Assembly: GCF_000143415.4 (NCBI RefSeq)
Contig: NW_003314308.1
Span: forward strand, 682,001 to 746,000
Origin: Selaginella moellendorffii
Lineage: Eukaryota; Plantae; Lycopodiophyta
Length of the DNA: 64,000 nucleotides
Direction of reading: 5' to 3'
Shown here: positions 12,543 to 24,895 of the stretch, in pieces
Numbering within the stretch: the stretch's first letter is position 1
Layout: each line of letters opens with the position of its first letter
Program-made: the position numbers and the translations under genes
The notes under the pieces: generated by a model
Database searches by the model: none
The model's input: only the letters and a program-made list of their open reading frames with translations
What the model was told of the DNA's origin: nothing

Positions 12543-12746
12543 TTATTTCTTGTTCGACTTTGGTTTGTTGATAGTAGCCTCGCGGAATGGAACACGTTTG
12601 CCGGCTCGAGGATCAAACTTGACGAGCTCGAGCTTCTGTGGCGAATTGCGAGGATTCTTTGTCGAGACGAAGAAGAAACCAGTGTCAGCAGTGGAGATGA
12701 GGCGAATTAGCACGCGGCCAGTCTTGGACTTCCCACCCTTTGCCAT
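12543..12746 (-). CDS. rpl33: Organellar (probably mitochondrial) ribosomal protein L33, nuclear-encoded
   Basis: MAKGGKSKTGRVLIRLISTADTGFFFVSTKNPRNSPQKLELVKFDPRAGKRVPFREA matches the bL33 pattern. Confidence 0.9.
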   Translation of the reverse strand: MAKGGKSKTGRVLIRLISTADTGFFFVSTKNPRNSPQKLELVKFDPRAGKRVPFREATINKPKSNKK

Positions 12747-13064
12747 GGCCACAATGGTACCACGAGAATGGAGCTTCCTCTCCAAAACTCCTATTCGAAC
12801 AAAGCAAAACTACTCATTCCAATGCGAGCGATGTGATTTTCACCTGGGAACGAATGGGCTCCAAGTTTGTTGCCCAAGAAGCTCGTCGCCATGCTTGAAG
12901 AGATGGCCATGGTTGAACAGATAGGGGTTTGTAAGGCCCAAGTGGTTTGATACTCAGAGAATATACCCCAACTCTTGGTTCCACCCATTGGAAGTCCTGT
13001 TCTTTTGACATGATCACACTGTGGCATTCTTGTGTTCTTCTCGATTCCTCGAGAAACTTAGTTC

Positions 13065-15767
13065 ATGGTGGCTGGGAGGACTTCTTCTTCCGGCATTCCA
13101 TACTGGCCCGTGGACACCGTCCTGAGCATCCAGCTACTGACCCAATTCGTGGATCGGCTGGAGCGGCGATGCAGCAATCGAGCAGCGGAGGAGTCCGTCT
13201 ACGCCAGGCTGATGCGAGCGTGCGGGATCTCGGGAGCCCTCGAACAGGGACGTCGAGTCCACGGTCACGTCCAGCGCCACGCTGACGATCGATCGCTCTT
13301 CTTCGGCAACAGGCTGGTAAACATGTACAGGCGATGCAGCAGCCTGGACGAGGCGAGAAAGGTCTTCGATCGGATGCGCGAGAGGGATGTTGTTTCGTGG
13401 ACCGCGATGATCTCAGCATATGCCCAGACCGGGCATCAGCGACAGGCACTCGATCTCTTCACCGAGATGGCGGGCAGCTCTCTCGACCCAAACCGCGTCA
13501 CCTTTCTCGCTTTGCTCGAAGCCTGCGACTCGCCCGAGTTCCTGGAAGATGGAAAGCAGATCCACGCTCGGGTCTCGGCGCTCCAGCTGCTGGAATCCGA
13601 CGTTCCGGTGGCAAATGCGGTGATGGGGATGTACAGGAAGTGCGAGAGAGCAGATCTAGCGATGGCAGTATTTAGCGAAATGCGTGAGAGGGATTTGATT
13701 TCCTGGAACAACGCTATTGCAGCAAATGCCGAGTCGGGGGATTACACGTTTACGTTGGCGCTGCTCAAGAGCATGCAGCTGGAAGGAATGGCGCCGGACA
13801 AGGTGACCTTTGTGAGCGCGCTCAATGCTTGTATTGGATCGCGCTCGCTAAGCAATGGGCGATTGATCCACGCGCTGGTGCTGGAGCGAGGCATGGAGGG
13901 CGATGTAGTGCTGGGCACCGCGCTGGTGACGATGTATGGGCGATGCGGGTGCCTGGAGAGCGCGCGAGAGATCTTCCACCGCATGCCCGAGAGGAACGTC
14001 GTGTCATGGAACGCGATGGTGGCGTCGTGCACGTTAAACGCCCACTTTGCCGAGGCGATCGAGCTCTTCAAGAGGATGGTGGCGGTGGCGATGGTGGAGC
14101 CGACGCGAGTGAGCTTCATCACCGTCCTCAACGCGGTCACGACCCCGGAGGCGCTGGCGGAGGGGCGGAGGATCCACGCGATGATCCAAGAGCGCCAGCT
14201 TCTTTCCCAGATCGAGGTGGCCAACGCGCTAGTGACGATGTATGGCCGGTGTGGCGGCGTTGGAGACGCCGAGAGAGTCTTCTCCGCGATGGAGAGGCGA
14301 GACCTCGTGTCCTGGAACGCGATGATCTCGGCCTATGCCCAGTCAGGCCTCGCTCGCGAGGTGGTGAATCTCTTCCATAGAATGCGAGCCGAGCGTGTTC
14401 CTCCCGATCGCATCACCTTCCTCATGGCTCTGGACGCCTGCGCCGAGATACGCGATCTGGATTCCGGAAGAACAGTCCACCACCTTAGCGTCGAGAGTGG
14501 ATTTGGATCGTGCATCTCCGTCGCGAACGCCACCATGCATCTCTACTCGAGCTGTTCTTCTTCCTCGAGTTCTTCTTCGTCGCTCATGGAGGTGGTGGCC
14601 GGGATCTTCGAGAGCATGGCCGCCCGCGACGTGATCTCCTGGAACACGATGATCACTGGCTACGTCCAGGCCGGCGATTCATTCTCGGCTCTCTCCATCT
14701 TCAAGCGCATGCTCCTCGAGGGGATCCGCGGGAACCAGGTGACTTTCATGTCCCTCCTCAGCGTCTGTGACTCGCGAGCTTTTCTTCGACAGGGAGAGAC
14801 AATCCACCGCCGCGTCATCAATCAAACGCCGGAGCTCTCCTCGGATCCCATCGTCGCCGCGGCCATCGTCAACATGTATGGCAAATGCGGCGAGCTCGAC
14901 ACTGCTCGCCATCTCTTCGAGGATACGAGCCACCGGAACTTGGCGTCGTGGAACTCGATGATCTCGGCCTACGCTCTCCACGGACGAGCCGAGCAGGCGT
15001 TTGATCTCTCGGAGCGGATGCGCAGGGAGGGAGTTCTTCCGGACCGAGTGACTTTCATCACGCTGCTCAATGCCTGCGTCGCCGGAGGAGCTGTCCGCCA
15101 TGGAAAGATGATCCACGCCCGGATCATCGACAGTGGGCTGGAGAAGGACACGGTGGTGGCGAACGCGCTCGTCAACTTCTACTCCAAGTGTGGGAACTTG
15201 GACACCGCCACCTCGCTGTTTGGAGCTCTGGATTACCGCGACGTCGTGTCCTGGAACGGGATCATCGCTGGCTTTGCACACAACGGCCACGCTCGCGAGG
15301 CTCTCAAGTCGATGTGGCTGATGCAGCAGGACGGCGTGAGGCCGGACGCCATAACTTTCCTCACCATCCTCTCCGCCAGCAGCCATGCCGGCTTCCTCCG
15401 CCAAGGTGGTGACGACTTTGTGTCCATGGCCGTGGATCACGAGCTGGAGCGAGGCGTCGAGCACTACGGCTGCATGATCGACTTGCTGGGACGAGCCGGG
15501 AGGATTGGCGATGCCGAATACTTTGTGAGCGCGATGCGGGACGAGGACAAGGAGGTGTCGTGGATGACGCTGCTGTCGGCATGTGAGGTGCACGGGGACG
15601 AGGAGCGGGCCAAAAGAGTTGCCGGGAGCATTGTGGAGATGAATCCGCAGCACTCGAGCGCCTATGTGGCTCTCTCCAACTTGTACGCGACTTGTGGTGA
15701 CGGGAGCTTTCGCTTCAAGAGGCCCAGGCTCAAGAAAAGCTTGCTCGCTAAGTCGAGTTCTGGATAA
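13065..15767 (+). CDS. PLS-class pentatricopeptide repeat protein with E domain, no DYW domain (900 aa)
   Basis: Repeated P/L/S motifs (NALVTMYGRCG..A..VF..M..RD.VSWNAMI). E domain HYGCMIDLLGRAG...WMTLLSACEVHGD...AYVALSNLYA. Confidence 0.95.
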   Translation: MVAGRTSSSGIPYWPVDTVLSIQLLTQFVDRLERRCSNRAAEESVYARLMRACGISGALEQGRRVHGHVQRHADDRSLFFGNRLVNMYRRCSSLDEARKVFDRMRERDVVSWTAMISAYAQTGHQRQALDLFTEMAGSSLDPNRVTFLALLEACDSPEFLEDGKQIHARVSALQLLESDVPVANAVMGMYRKCERADLAMAVFSEMRERDLISWNNAIAANAESGDYTFTLALLKSMQLEGMAPDKVTFVSALNACIGSRSLSNGRLIHALVLERGMEGDVVLGTALVTMYGRCGCLESAREIFHRMPERNVVSWNAMVASCTLNAHFAEAIELFKRMVAVAMVEPTRVSFITVLNAVTTPEALAEGRRIHAMIQERQLLSQIEVANALVTMYGRCGGVGDAERVFSAMERRDLVSWNAMISAYAQSGLAREVVNLFHRMRAERVPPDRITFLMALDACAEIRDLDSGRTVHHLSVESGFGSCISVANATMHLYSSCSSSSSSSSSLMEVVAGIFESMAARDVISWNTMITGYVQAGDSFSALSIFKRMLLEGIRGNQVTFMSLLSVCDSRAFLRQGETIHRRVINQTPELSSDPIVAAAIVNMYGKCGELDTARHLFEDTSHRNLASWNSMISAYALHGRAEQAFDLSERMRREGVLPDRVTFITLLNACVAGGAVRHGKMIHARIIDSGLEKDTVVANALVNFYSKCGNLDTATSLFGALDYRDVVSWNGIIAGFAHNGHAREALKSMWLMQQDGVRPDAITFLTILSASSHAGFLRQGGDDFVSMAVDHELERGVEHYGCMIDLLGRAGRIGDAEYFVSAMRDEDKEVSWMTLLSACEVHGDEERAKRVAGSIVEMNPQHSSAYVALSNLYATCGDGSFRFKRPRLKKSLLAKSSSG

Positions 15768-15953
15768 CTTACTTCGATCTAGGAGTAGACACACAGTGAA
15801 AACATGACAAAGGAAATGTAAATTACGATTGCTTTCCTGATAACAAAGACGCTGACATATGCTCGACATATCCTATATCCTGGAATGAAGAGAAGGATTG
15901 TCAGTATGATCTCGAGCAAAAAGATATAGTAGACTTCCTACCTCCTGAGTCAG

Positions 15954-18900
15954 CTACATGAGAGATGCCACTTTTGGACGTAGACTCTTTGCAAGGTCTT
16001 CGAAGCTCCTCGAGAGCTGGATCTCGTCAATGCTCACTTGAAACATGCCGTCGCCAGCATCAGCCATGTCGGTGAGAAGTTTCTTCGCGGAATTGGTCGG
16101 ATCGGTCGCAAACATGATGGTGTGAAAGATGAGACTCTGTTCCAGCTTCTTGAGTTGGTTCACGCAGTGCACGGGATCCAAACCTCCATAGTTGTCACCA
16201 TCGCTCAGAAACACCACTGCGGGACTCTTGCCGGCCACTGCTGGATCACTGACCGAGCGAACTAGAATCTCTTCAACGCGAGCAATCCCGGACGAGTAAA
16301 CAGTTCCCCCGGCGTCTTCAAAAGTGAGAAGCTTGTCCACCTGAGGCTCGGACATGTGCTCCCGCTCCATCGCGATCTGTCCGTGGTCGTCAAAGAGAAC
16401 CACTGACATTACGTCTTGAAGGTTGGCGGCTATGCGGGTCCGAATGAAACGAACCATGGCCTCGAAGACGCAGCCGAGACGGTTCTCCGGGAACTTGACC
16501 ATCTTCGGTTTAATGTCCGGCGATCCCATGGATCCTGATCGATCCACCACAAAAATGACATGGCTGGACACGTCTTTGGAGTGGTTGCACGCAAACTTGT
16601 GTCCGTCTTCAGTCACGTAGCCTGTATAAGAGATTTCTTTGGGCACTGGATCGTGCCACAGCTTCTCAATGCAATACGATTTTCCTGCAGCCTGGAAAGT
16701 ACTGCCACCTGCAAAGAAAAAAAAAAAGAGAGTCATGCGAACTAAGAGCTTCGAAACGTAGATTACCTGAGCTGCTACCGCTGCCGTTGTGTTCTATAGA
16801 TTGGCAGCAGTGGCCGCAGAGAGCAAACTGCCTCTGGTCGTCTTCCGAGCAGGGATCCTTAAATTTCATATTCTTCCAGTACGTTGCATGTGTGAGCTCG
16901 TCTTTTGGAGTGTCGAAGTCTGGACCATATCTCACAGTCGCGTGACGAGCTCCTTCCAAAAATTTTACCTTGCCGCAGACACCGTCGTCCTTCTGGTCCT
17001 TCTCGCAAACAGCCAGGTGGATATGTCCACGGCCTCTAGCTTTGCAGTGCATCATGCACATCTCAGCCGCACCAGACTCTCCCCACTCGTACTTCCGCCC
17101 CTCGATCTCGACTTCCTCACTTTCGGCTACGAAAGTTTGCTGCGTCATGTTGCCGTGAGTTGTATCGTGAAGTCCTGGATGATCGATTGGCAAGTGGCAA
17201 AAGTAGCCACACCCCTGGCATTTCGACTCGCAGAAGTGGACGGCATCCGGATTGACGGTGTGCAAATGCTGGCCTGGATGCTCCAGCTCAAAAGGTGGTA
17301 TCGGAATGCAGCACAGCTTCTTCTTCCCATTCTGCTCGGAGACGTAGTCGTACTCAAAGGTCGAGCGCTTTCCCTGGAATGTGCGACTCTTCTTTAGAAC
17401 TTCAGTGAGAACCACGCAGTTACCCTTGCATTCACAGTCGTTCGGACACTGGTGCTCGTTCCCGCAGAGATGGACTCTAGCCTTGAGCGAGTGGAAGTGG
17501 TCCTCCATAGCACATTTCCTGTTGCACCCGTCCATGGTACACTCGCTGACGCACATCTTCTCGTGGCAGGTATGAGTGTGGTCGATCACCGCCAGAGGAT
17601 AAACGCAGGTATTTCTACACCCCGGAAGCGAGCAGTCCTCCTTGCACATATGCTGCTTCGAGTTGCAAGTGTGTTCGCCATGGTGTGCGATTTTGAGAGT
17701 GCAAGCCTTGTTGCAGTTGGACGACTTCTCCCAGAGGTGGCACGTCTCTCCACAGGTGTGGCTCTTGAGCTTGCAGTCGTGCAGACCTTCGTGACCAGCC
17801 TTGTCCACGCAGCGCTCCATACTCGAAGCCTCCTCCTTGCAAAACGAGCAGTACTCCTTGCAGCGATGGCTACCTTTGCAGCTGTGATGACCCGGATGTG
17901 CCTTCTCCAAGATGCAACGAAGAAAGCACTGCCCACACTTGCAGCTACACAGCGCCAGTTTGTCTTTCACATCCGCCACTGCCGCTGTAACTTCCAGAAG
18001 CAGCTTCTGGACATCACCGTCCGATGAGAAGTCACGGGTGTTGGCTTTGATCCAGTTAGCCACTCGAGTCTTGCGTCTCTCTGCTAGAGATCCCAGGAAA
18101 TTCTCCAAGGACGCGTGCCATTCTTCGTCGCTACATAGACTCTCTTCGCGGGGCACCACCTTCTCAAACTCCGGTATCAGCTTCTCCAAAACTGTGTTGG
18201 CGACGTCCATTTCTTCGTATCCGGCAAGCTGAAGACGTGTGTCGAGAACGTCGAACGTGTGACCACTCACGAGAATTGGCTCGTCTTCAAACTTGTCCTC
18301 CGAATCAAAGTCGACCAGCTCTCTTTTCTCGTCGCCTGCGAGACATCCCAGAGCTATGGCTGTCCTCAAGTGCTTCCTCAGCATACTGACTTTGAAGCCG
18401 ATCCTTTTGGTGTCGATAGGAGACCAGTCCTTGGAACAGATCTGTGCTATCACCAGCTTCAAATCTCTCAGGAAACTCTTCCCAGTCTGGTGCACCGCAT
18501 CAAGCCCTTCGACAGTCGCAGCGATCTGCGATATGCTCTCGTGGAATTCCTTCCGGTTGAAAGGTGGCATGGCTGAAATCTCCACAAGACCCCCGTACAT
18601 TCTCGTCAGGAAGTTGTCTTTGGACTTGTTGCAAATGTAGAGGATCTTCGAGTAGAACTCTTCGCGAAGATCGTCAACATCAGCTGCATCTACGTCTTTG
18701 ATGGCCATGTAAAACAGTCCTTTGAAGAGCTTGTCATCGTCTTTCACCAAGCTCACACCGTTTTGGAACCGTTCGAACACGGCCTCCGTTTCCTTGTCAA
18801 GGTGGAAATCCTGGACCAGAAAAACCAACATTTTAGTAACATTGCATTAGCAAACAAATGCAAACTGACCTTCTTGTTGAACAAAGTTATGTTGCTGATG

Positions 18901-21900
18901 GCAGCATTCAGGATGGCCAGCAACATATCCTCCTGCTCACTTCGCTCGAAGCTTCCAAGTCCTTCGAAATCCAGAATAATAAACATGCAGTCCTCACTGG
19001 CCCGGCAAGTCATCCACACGCCATCCGTGCAGCGTCCACCGGCAACGTCAAGGACCGAGCCACTCAGGTGATTCAAGAGGTACGACTTTCCACTGCTCTG
19101 CTTCCCCATCGAGGAGATAACTTTCACAGGCCCCGTCCAGCTTTCGAGAAGAGCATCGTAAACGCTGAACTGAATGATGCCTGCAAGCTGGATAGCGTCT
19201 CCATAGCTCACGTCTGCTGCCATCTCCAGTCCATCGATCAGAGGCCTCAAGTTGTTGTTTTGAGCTCGAGCGATCTGCACCGGAACGAGAGACATCAACT
19301 GACGCAGAAACTCGCTCATGTTCCTGTCCTCTGGCTGCACCAGCATTCCTGAGTCGCTGAAGAACTGCAGATCGAAGAGGATCCTCAGGCCCGAGAAATC
19401 CTTGCCCTTGTCCTTCTCCAGCTGCTGGACGATTCTTTCCGCATGGCTGGTGAGCTTTCTTCTTGCTAACATCGGGTCGCCTCTCAAGACGTCTACCACC
19501 AAAGAAAACCGGAGAATCCTCGAAGAATTAATGAGCGGAGGACTCACTGCATATTTGTCGAAGACATGGTAGATGTAGTCGAGCTCGTGACACATCGATT
19601 CCTCACTTTCTGCTGGTGCCACTTCTGCCTTGGTAAAAGAGTCCCTGACGAGCTGACAGCTTTGGGAGGACACCGTTACTTTCAGACACAGCGACCGCAC
19701 CACATTCATATCCTCTCCATCACTGATTAGCATCTGCATCTGCGTCCCAAAATTCGCCACTGCAAGCTGGAAGTTACTCCCATTCTTGACTGCTACTCCC
19801 AAGTCCACTGCTTTCATGCGTTCCAAACCGTCATCGAGTCTGTAAATTTCAGCTGAAAGTGCCGCTCCAACTTCCGACGGGCCACCACACACTGCGACCA
19901 GGCAGAGGCCATCCGCTGTCAAGCAAGGCCTCAGGAACGAAGTTGGAAGCTGGATGACTCGCGGCTTCATCATTCCTGGTTGTACCGCTTCAAAAACCCG
20001 GACACAGAAGTCCTCGTCCGCCACTAAGAGCTCCTCTCTGCCGGGTATGAACTCCATCCAGGTGATGTTCCTGCTGCCACTGTAGTTGCTGAGTAGAATC
20101 GTGACCCCGTTCCACATCAGCTCGCGGAACGACTCGTCAAACCGGTATACTTTGATCATTGCTCCCGAGACGTCGTATAGAGCGATGAACCTCAAGACCT
20201 CGTCATAAGCAACAAGATCCACGCCCCTGCTAAAAGTCTTGACGCGCATCTTTGAGCTTGGAACGCTCAAGTGTGCTCCCAAACTCGGGCATAAGTATAT
20301 GCTCAGCTGCGAATTCTGGAGTCCTCTGACGAAAACGAGCACCTGTCCAGACTTCAGGAAGACGACTTTAGACAGTCCAAACTCGCTAGCTTCCAAGTCC
20401 ACCACGTCACACCTTTGAGAGCACTTGAGGGTGATAAAGTGCTCGCGGTTTTGCATCTGAACTTCCAGATCTTTCTTTGTAGGCAGCAACTCGACAGCTT
20501 TCCAGGAGACACGCTCATTTTGAGTGATTTCTCTTCTGAAACGAATCTGGACCCGGTCGCTGTAAGCCTCTGAAACGCAAGTGTCCAACAAGACTTTCGG
20601 ACGTGTGTCGTTGGGATCCCACAGTTTCGCTCGAAACTCTGCTACGCATTCGGACTTCTTGGACTTGATAGCTTGCTTCAGTTGCTCCCGTTTCTCCGTC
20701 AACTCAGAAGTGGCCGTTGACTTCAAAAAGCCAAAGAGAACTTCCTCGGAGCCTTCAAAGATACTGCTGAAGAACTTCATCCGACCAGTTCTGTAGACCT
20801 CAGCACACCAAGGAAGTATCTTGTCTTCTGCCTCCAAAACAAATGGTCCAGCTGAAGCCCGTATTTCTTGCCACCTTTCCTCGCATAACCTCGCATTGGA
20901 CGCATACTGGAACTGGTTCTTATCCGCAAGCACGCAATGGAAAAGAACCTCGTCATCTGCTTCTTCGGGAATACCCAGCATGGCTTTGTGAGAGATCACA
21001 AAGTCCGCAAGCACAACTTTCCCCTCCAGAGCCACCACCTCCTTGGCGAACGAATCTATCCATGAGTGAATCCCGGAATCGACCTTGGTGAAGCCAACAT
21101 CGTAGATTGTCGACCCTCTCCAGTTTAATATCCCAACTATGACGGCCAGCGTAAATCTGTCGTTCGTGAACACTGGACCGGTTCTGCGACTAGAAGAAAG
21201 TTTGAAGGTGGCAGTGGAGTTTTTCTCATTAACCGCAGAAAGCATGTCACCATACCGCACCGGACCTGACTTTCTCGTATCAGCGGACAGAATGGTGTAG
21301 GAGCCACCAAAAATGTCAAAGGTAACTCTCGAGCCGATGAACACGATTGAACCTCTGTGACTGTTGAGCACGCTGGCCAGCCTCGACTCCAAAGTCTCCA
21401 CAGCCTTGGTGTCCAAATCTCGAGTCGACTTGCCTGGCTTATCACAGTATTCCAGAAACTCTAGAATACTTGCACCACTCAGCTGACATGGTGAAACTTC
21501 CCCATGGACTTTCGAGTAGGCCATCTCCTCCCAGGGAAAATGGAGCCTCAGGTAAGCCTTCAACCCCTCGGCCAAAGTTTGTAGCACAGATATCTTCCTC
21601 ACGGTTAGGTAGTCTTCCGTGTTGGAGAGTTTTCTGGACTCCACGTCCATGGATCTATCGAGCGCACGGAGACTGTCGGACAAAGTGTCAAAACCATTCA
21701 GCTTCGCTGCGTTTGCAAAGAGAAGAAAGCCGATTTCGCTCAGCTTACTGAGGTCGAGGCAGAGATCTTTCCACTCCGCCATCTTTTCAGGCACGTATGA
21801 TCGAGAAACTGTCCATTCTCCAGACACAAGCTTCGTTTCCGGAGTGTACTTCTCGGGAACAAGCAACGCGCAGCGATGAAAGCCTTCACTCCACATTGAA

Positions 21901-22643
21901 CAGTATCCAGACGCCACAGGTGGGAGACCTTTCAGGCGCAGCTCAAAGCCTGGTAGCACCCCAAAGTCATTCTCCGACGAGTTCACGACCGATATCTGCA
22001 GCCTCTGGATCCGATTCTTTTTCGCCGCCACCCTCACCACTGAAGAAACATTCGCACCGCCATCTTCAACTTCCATGCAGCAGTAGACCGCGTCGCAAAG
22101 GTCCAAGAGGTAGCGTATGAAGTTGCAAGAGATGTCACCCCGTCGTGCAGCCGAGAACTTCTTATCCGGATGCCAGTAGAAGAGCACAAGCTTCTTCTCC
22201 TCGAACAGAGCTCCGTAAAGTCCAGGCAGAAGGGAGTCCTCTCGAAGCTGTGTCACCGTCTCTTCCGGAAGTTGGCCGTGCTGCAGTAGAACTTTGGCCA
22301 GAATGCGTTTGCTCCCGTAGAGCCCCACCGTGGCTAGAACGGAGCTGTCCAGCCGAGAGAGATCCAAGATCCAGCGGCCGCTAGATGTTGACTTAACCGA
22401 GCCTGGCGCCACAGCGTTGAAGAAGGCAAAGATGTCCTCTCGATTGATTAGCACCTTTTCGACGAAGCTCAAGTCTTGCTTGTCCGACTTTACCCCGATC
22501 AAGTTGAAAAGAGCGTTCGCTGGAGGTGATACCTGGACGACTTCCATCGGATCGCCAAGAACAGGAGGTATTTCATTGTCGACGTAGTCGCGCTCAGGAT
22601 TCGCGTCCACCACCTCGAAATCGTCAGCCGCGCCTCCTCCCAT
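15954..22643 (-). CDS. ~2190-aa protein: long N-terminal region, very-large/GBP-atlastin-superfamily GTPase domain, Cys/His-rich (NF-X1-like) repeats and C-terminal vWA domain
   Basis: Exons 22643-18870, 18810-16767 and 16708-15954 total 6573 nt in frame; introns are 59 and 58 nt GT-AG. G1 GKQSSGKS, G2 RCTDGVW, G3 LDFEGLGS, putative G4 IKD. vWA MIDAS DRSGS...GGT...LSDG. Confidence 0.88.
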
Positions 22644-23089
22644 CGTACCAATCCTGAAATAAGAGTCTCAAAGCATGATTTCTTCTCACAGAATCCAGAA
22701 GGCCACGAGTTTGTAGAAGAAAGCTATAGAAAATTCCCCACGCAAAGCAAGAACAAAGAATATCAAGGGATCCAAGCAGCCAAGCAATCTAGGCGCGACC
22801 GCTTACCCGATCAAAGCTTCGCTCGCGAGCACGATCACCAACGAATAGCACCGAGATCGAAAATATCACTTCGCGAATACGATCGGACGTGCCATCACGC
22901 CGCGCCACCGGGAGGAAATGCGCGATAAAGTCACATCGGGCGCCCTAAAGTTTTAAATATCGCATTTTACGCGGGAAAGCTAGTCGACATAAAATTTTTA
23001 CAAGTTGCAATGGTATGATTTGACAAAACTGAAATTAAGGAATATATGCCAGGAATGGGCATTTTTCTCGCTTTTCTGCGTGAAACCAG

Positions 23090-24895
23090 ATGAACTTGGC
23101 TTCCGTTGTTTTCCACAGCAAAGATCAATCGACGACTGCTTCTCTGAACAAGCAGATTGAAATGTATGGGCGATGCGGGGACCTCGCACACGCGAGACAA
23201 ATCTTCCATGCAATTGCCCACAAGGACGATTTCTCGTGGGTGATGATGTTCCATGCCTTGTCTCGAAATGGCTGTCTTATAGACGCTAAGAATCTATTTG
23301 ACTCCATTCCAGAAGAAAACTGCACTGTCGTCGCTTGGAATTCGATGCTCTCGACATATGCCCGTAACGGGCATCTGGATCAGGCAAAAGCTCTCTTTGA
23401 CCAAATGCCGGCGTGGGATATAATCTCGTGGAATACAATCCTCTCATTGTTTTCCACAATTGAGGAGTGCTTCGATAAAGCCAAAAAATGTTTTGACGAG
23501 ATGGGCGAGCGGGATCTTGTCTCCTGGACTGTGATGCTCAACGCAAATGCCAAGCACGGGCATTTGGAGGATACGGAGAAGCTGTTCTTTCAGATGCCAC
23601 AGAGGAATCTCGTGTCGTGGACGGTGATGCTCGTGGCATACTCCGAGAATGCAATTGTGTCTTTTGCAAAGAGTTTCTTTGATGGAATGCCACAGCACGA
23701 CGAGATCGCATGGAGCGCCTTGGTAGCAGTGTATGCCCGAGCTGGGGATTTTGTTCGCGCCAAGCAATCTCTGGATGCAATGCCCTGTGTCACAACCACG
23801 GCACTCAACGCGATCTTGAGCTCGGGAAGCCTGGAGCTCGCGAGATCCTTGTTTGATGCCATGCCTGGCTGGGATCTAGCGTCCCTGAACGCGATGCTCG
23901 CGGCTCTAGCGCGCGGTGGAGCGATCGACGAGGCACAGAGCTTCTTCTCGCGGATGCCGCAGATCAATCTCGTCTCCTGCACGATTTTGATAGCCAGCTT
24001 CGCCGAGATTGGAGATCTGGACAGGGCGGCGTGGATCTTTCACGAGAGGATGCCGCGGCACGACACCATCGCATGGAACACGATGCTCAGTGCGTTCGCT
24101 TTGAACGGGTATATGGAAGAAGCAAAGGAAATGTTTGATCGATGCCCGTACGCTAGAGATCTCTTCTCGTACAACACTGTTCTTGCGGGAATTGCAACCG
24201 ATATTGTGCTGTGTGAGATATTCTTTTCTAGAATGCCCAGATGTGATCTCGTGTCCTGGAATACACTTCTGTCAGCATATGCCGAATGTGGGCATCTTTG
24301 TTCTTGTCAATCTGTCTTTGAGGCTATGCCTGAGAAGGATCAAGTCTCGTGGAACACAATGCTAGGAGCTATCTTGCAAATTGGAGACTTGACAATATCA
24401 AAGTCTTTCTTCTTTCAAATGCCTCTTAAGAACACTTTCTCCTGGAATTCTTTAATCTCAGCATTTGCTCTCAACGGGGATCTTGAACGAGCTAAGACCC
24501 TTTTCGATCAAATGCCGCTGGGCAGCGATCAGGCGTCCTTGAGTGGCTACCTTGCAGGAACTGCCAGATCAAAGCTCTTCAATCCTTCCACCTTTGAGAT
24601 CTTCCACAGCGTCGCACTGGTGCACGGAGAGATCAACGAGGACTCCTCGCATTTCTTCGAGTCAGCGCTCATCACTTGCAGCCGGAGCGGTAAGATCTCC
24701 ACTGCACGAAGATGGTTCCTCTCGATGATCGTGGATCACGGCACAAGACCCTGCAAGCATCACTACTGCTGCATGGTCGATCTTCTCGCGAGAAGCCAGT
24801 GCCTCGCGACCTTAGCAGAGAACCTTGTCCTCAACATGCCATTTCAGCCGGATTGCATGGAGTGGACGTGCTTGCATGGAGTGGAAGTTCAGTGA
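23090..24895 (+). CDS. PLS-class PPR protein made largely of short ~31-aa repeats, truncated E domain (601 aa)
   Basis: Tandem A..LFDQMP..D.VSWN.ML.A repeats; ends HYCCMVDLLAR...MPFQPDCMEW. Confidence 0.88.
   Translation: MNLASVVFHSKDQSTTASLNKQIEMYGRCGDLAHARQIFHAIAHKDDFSWVMMFHALSRNGCLIDAKNLFDSIPEENCTVVAWNSMLSTYARNGHLDQAKALFDQMPAWDIISWNTILSLFSTIEECFDKAKKCFDEMGERDLVSWTVMLNANAKHGHLEDTEKLFFQMPQRNLVSWTVMLVAYSENAIVSFAKSFFDGMPQHDEIAWSALVAVYARAGDFVRAKQSLDAMPCVTTTALNAILSSGSLELARSLFDAMPGWDLASLNAMLAALARGGAIDEAQSFFSRMPQINLVSCTILIASFAEIGDLDRAAWIFHERMPRHDTIAWNTMLSAFALNGYMEEAKEMFDRCPYARDLFSYNTVLAGIATDIVLCEIFFSRMPRCDLVSWNTLLSAYAECGHLCSCQSVFEAMPEKDQVSWNTMLGAILQIGDLTISKSFFFQMPLKNTFSWNSLISAFALNGDLERAKTLFDQMPLGSDQASLSGYLAGTARSKLFNPSTFEIFHSVALVHGEINEDSSHFFESALITCSRSGKISTARRWFLSMIVDHGTRPCKHHYCCMVDLLARSQCLATLAENLVLNMPFQPDCMEWTCLHGVEVQ

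Noticed and set aside
14679-15869. 396-aa antisense ORF over the PPR gene, and similar long antisense ORFs at 26801-27835 and 16789-18027
   Set aside because: Expected shadows of GC3-rich coding sequence; no recognisable motifs.
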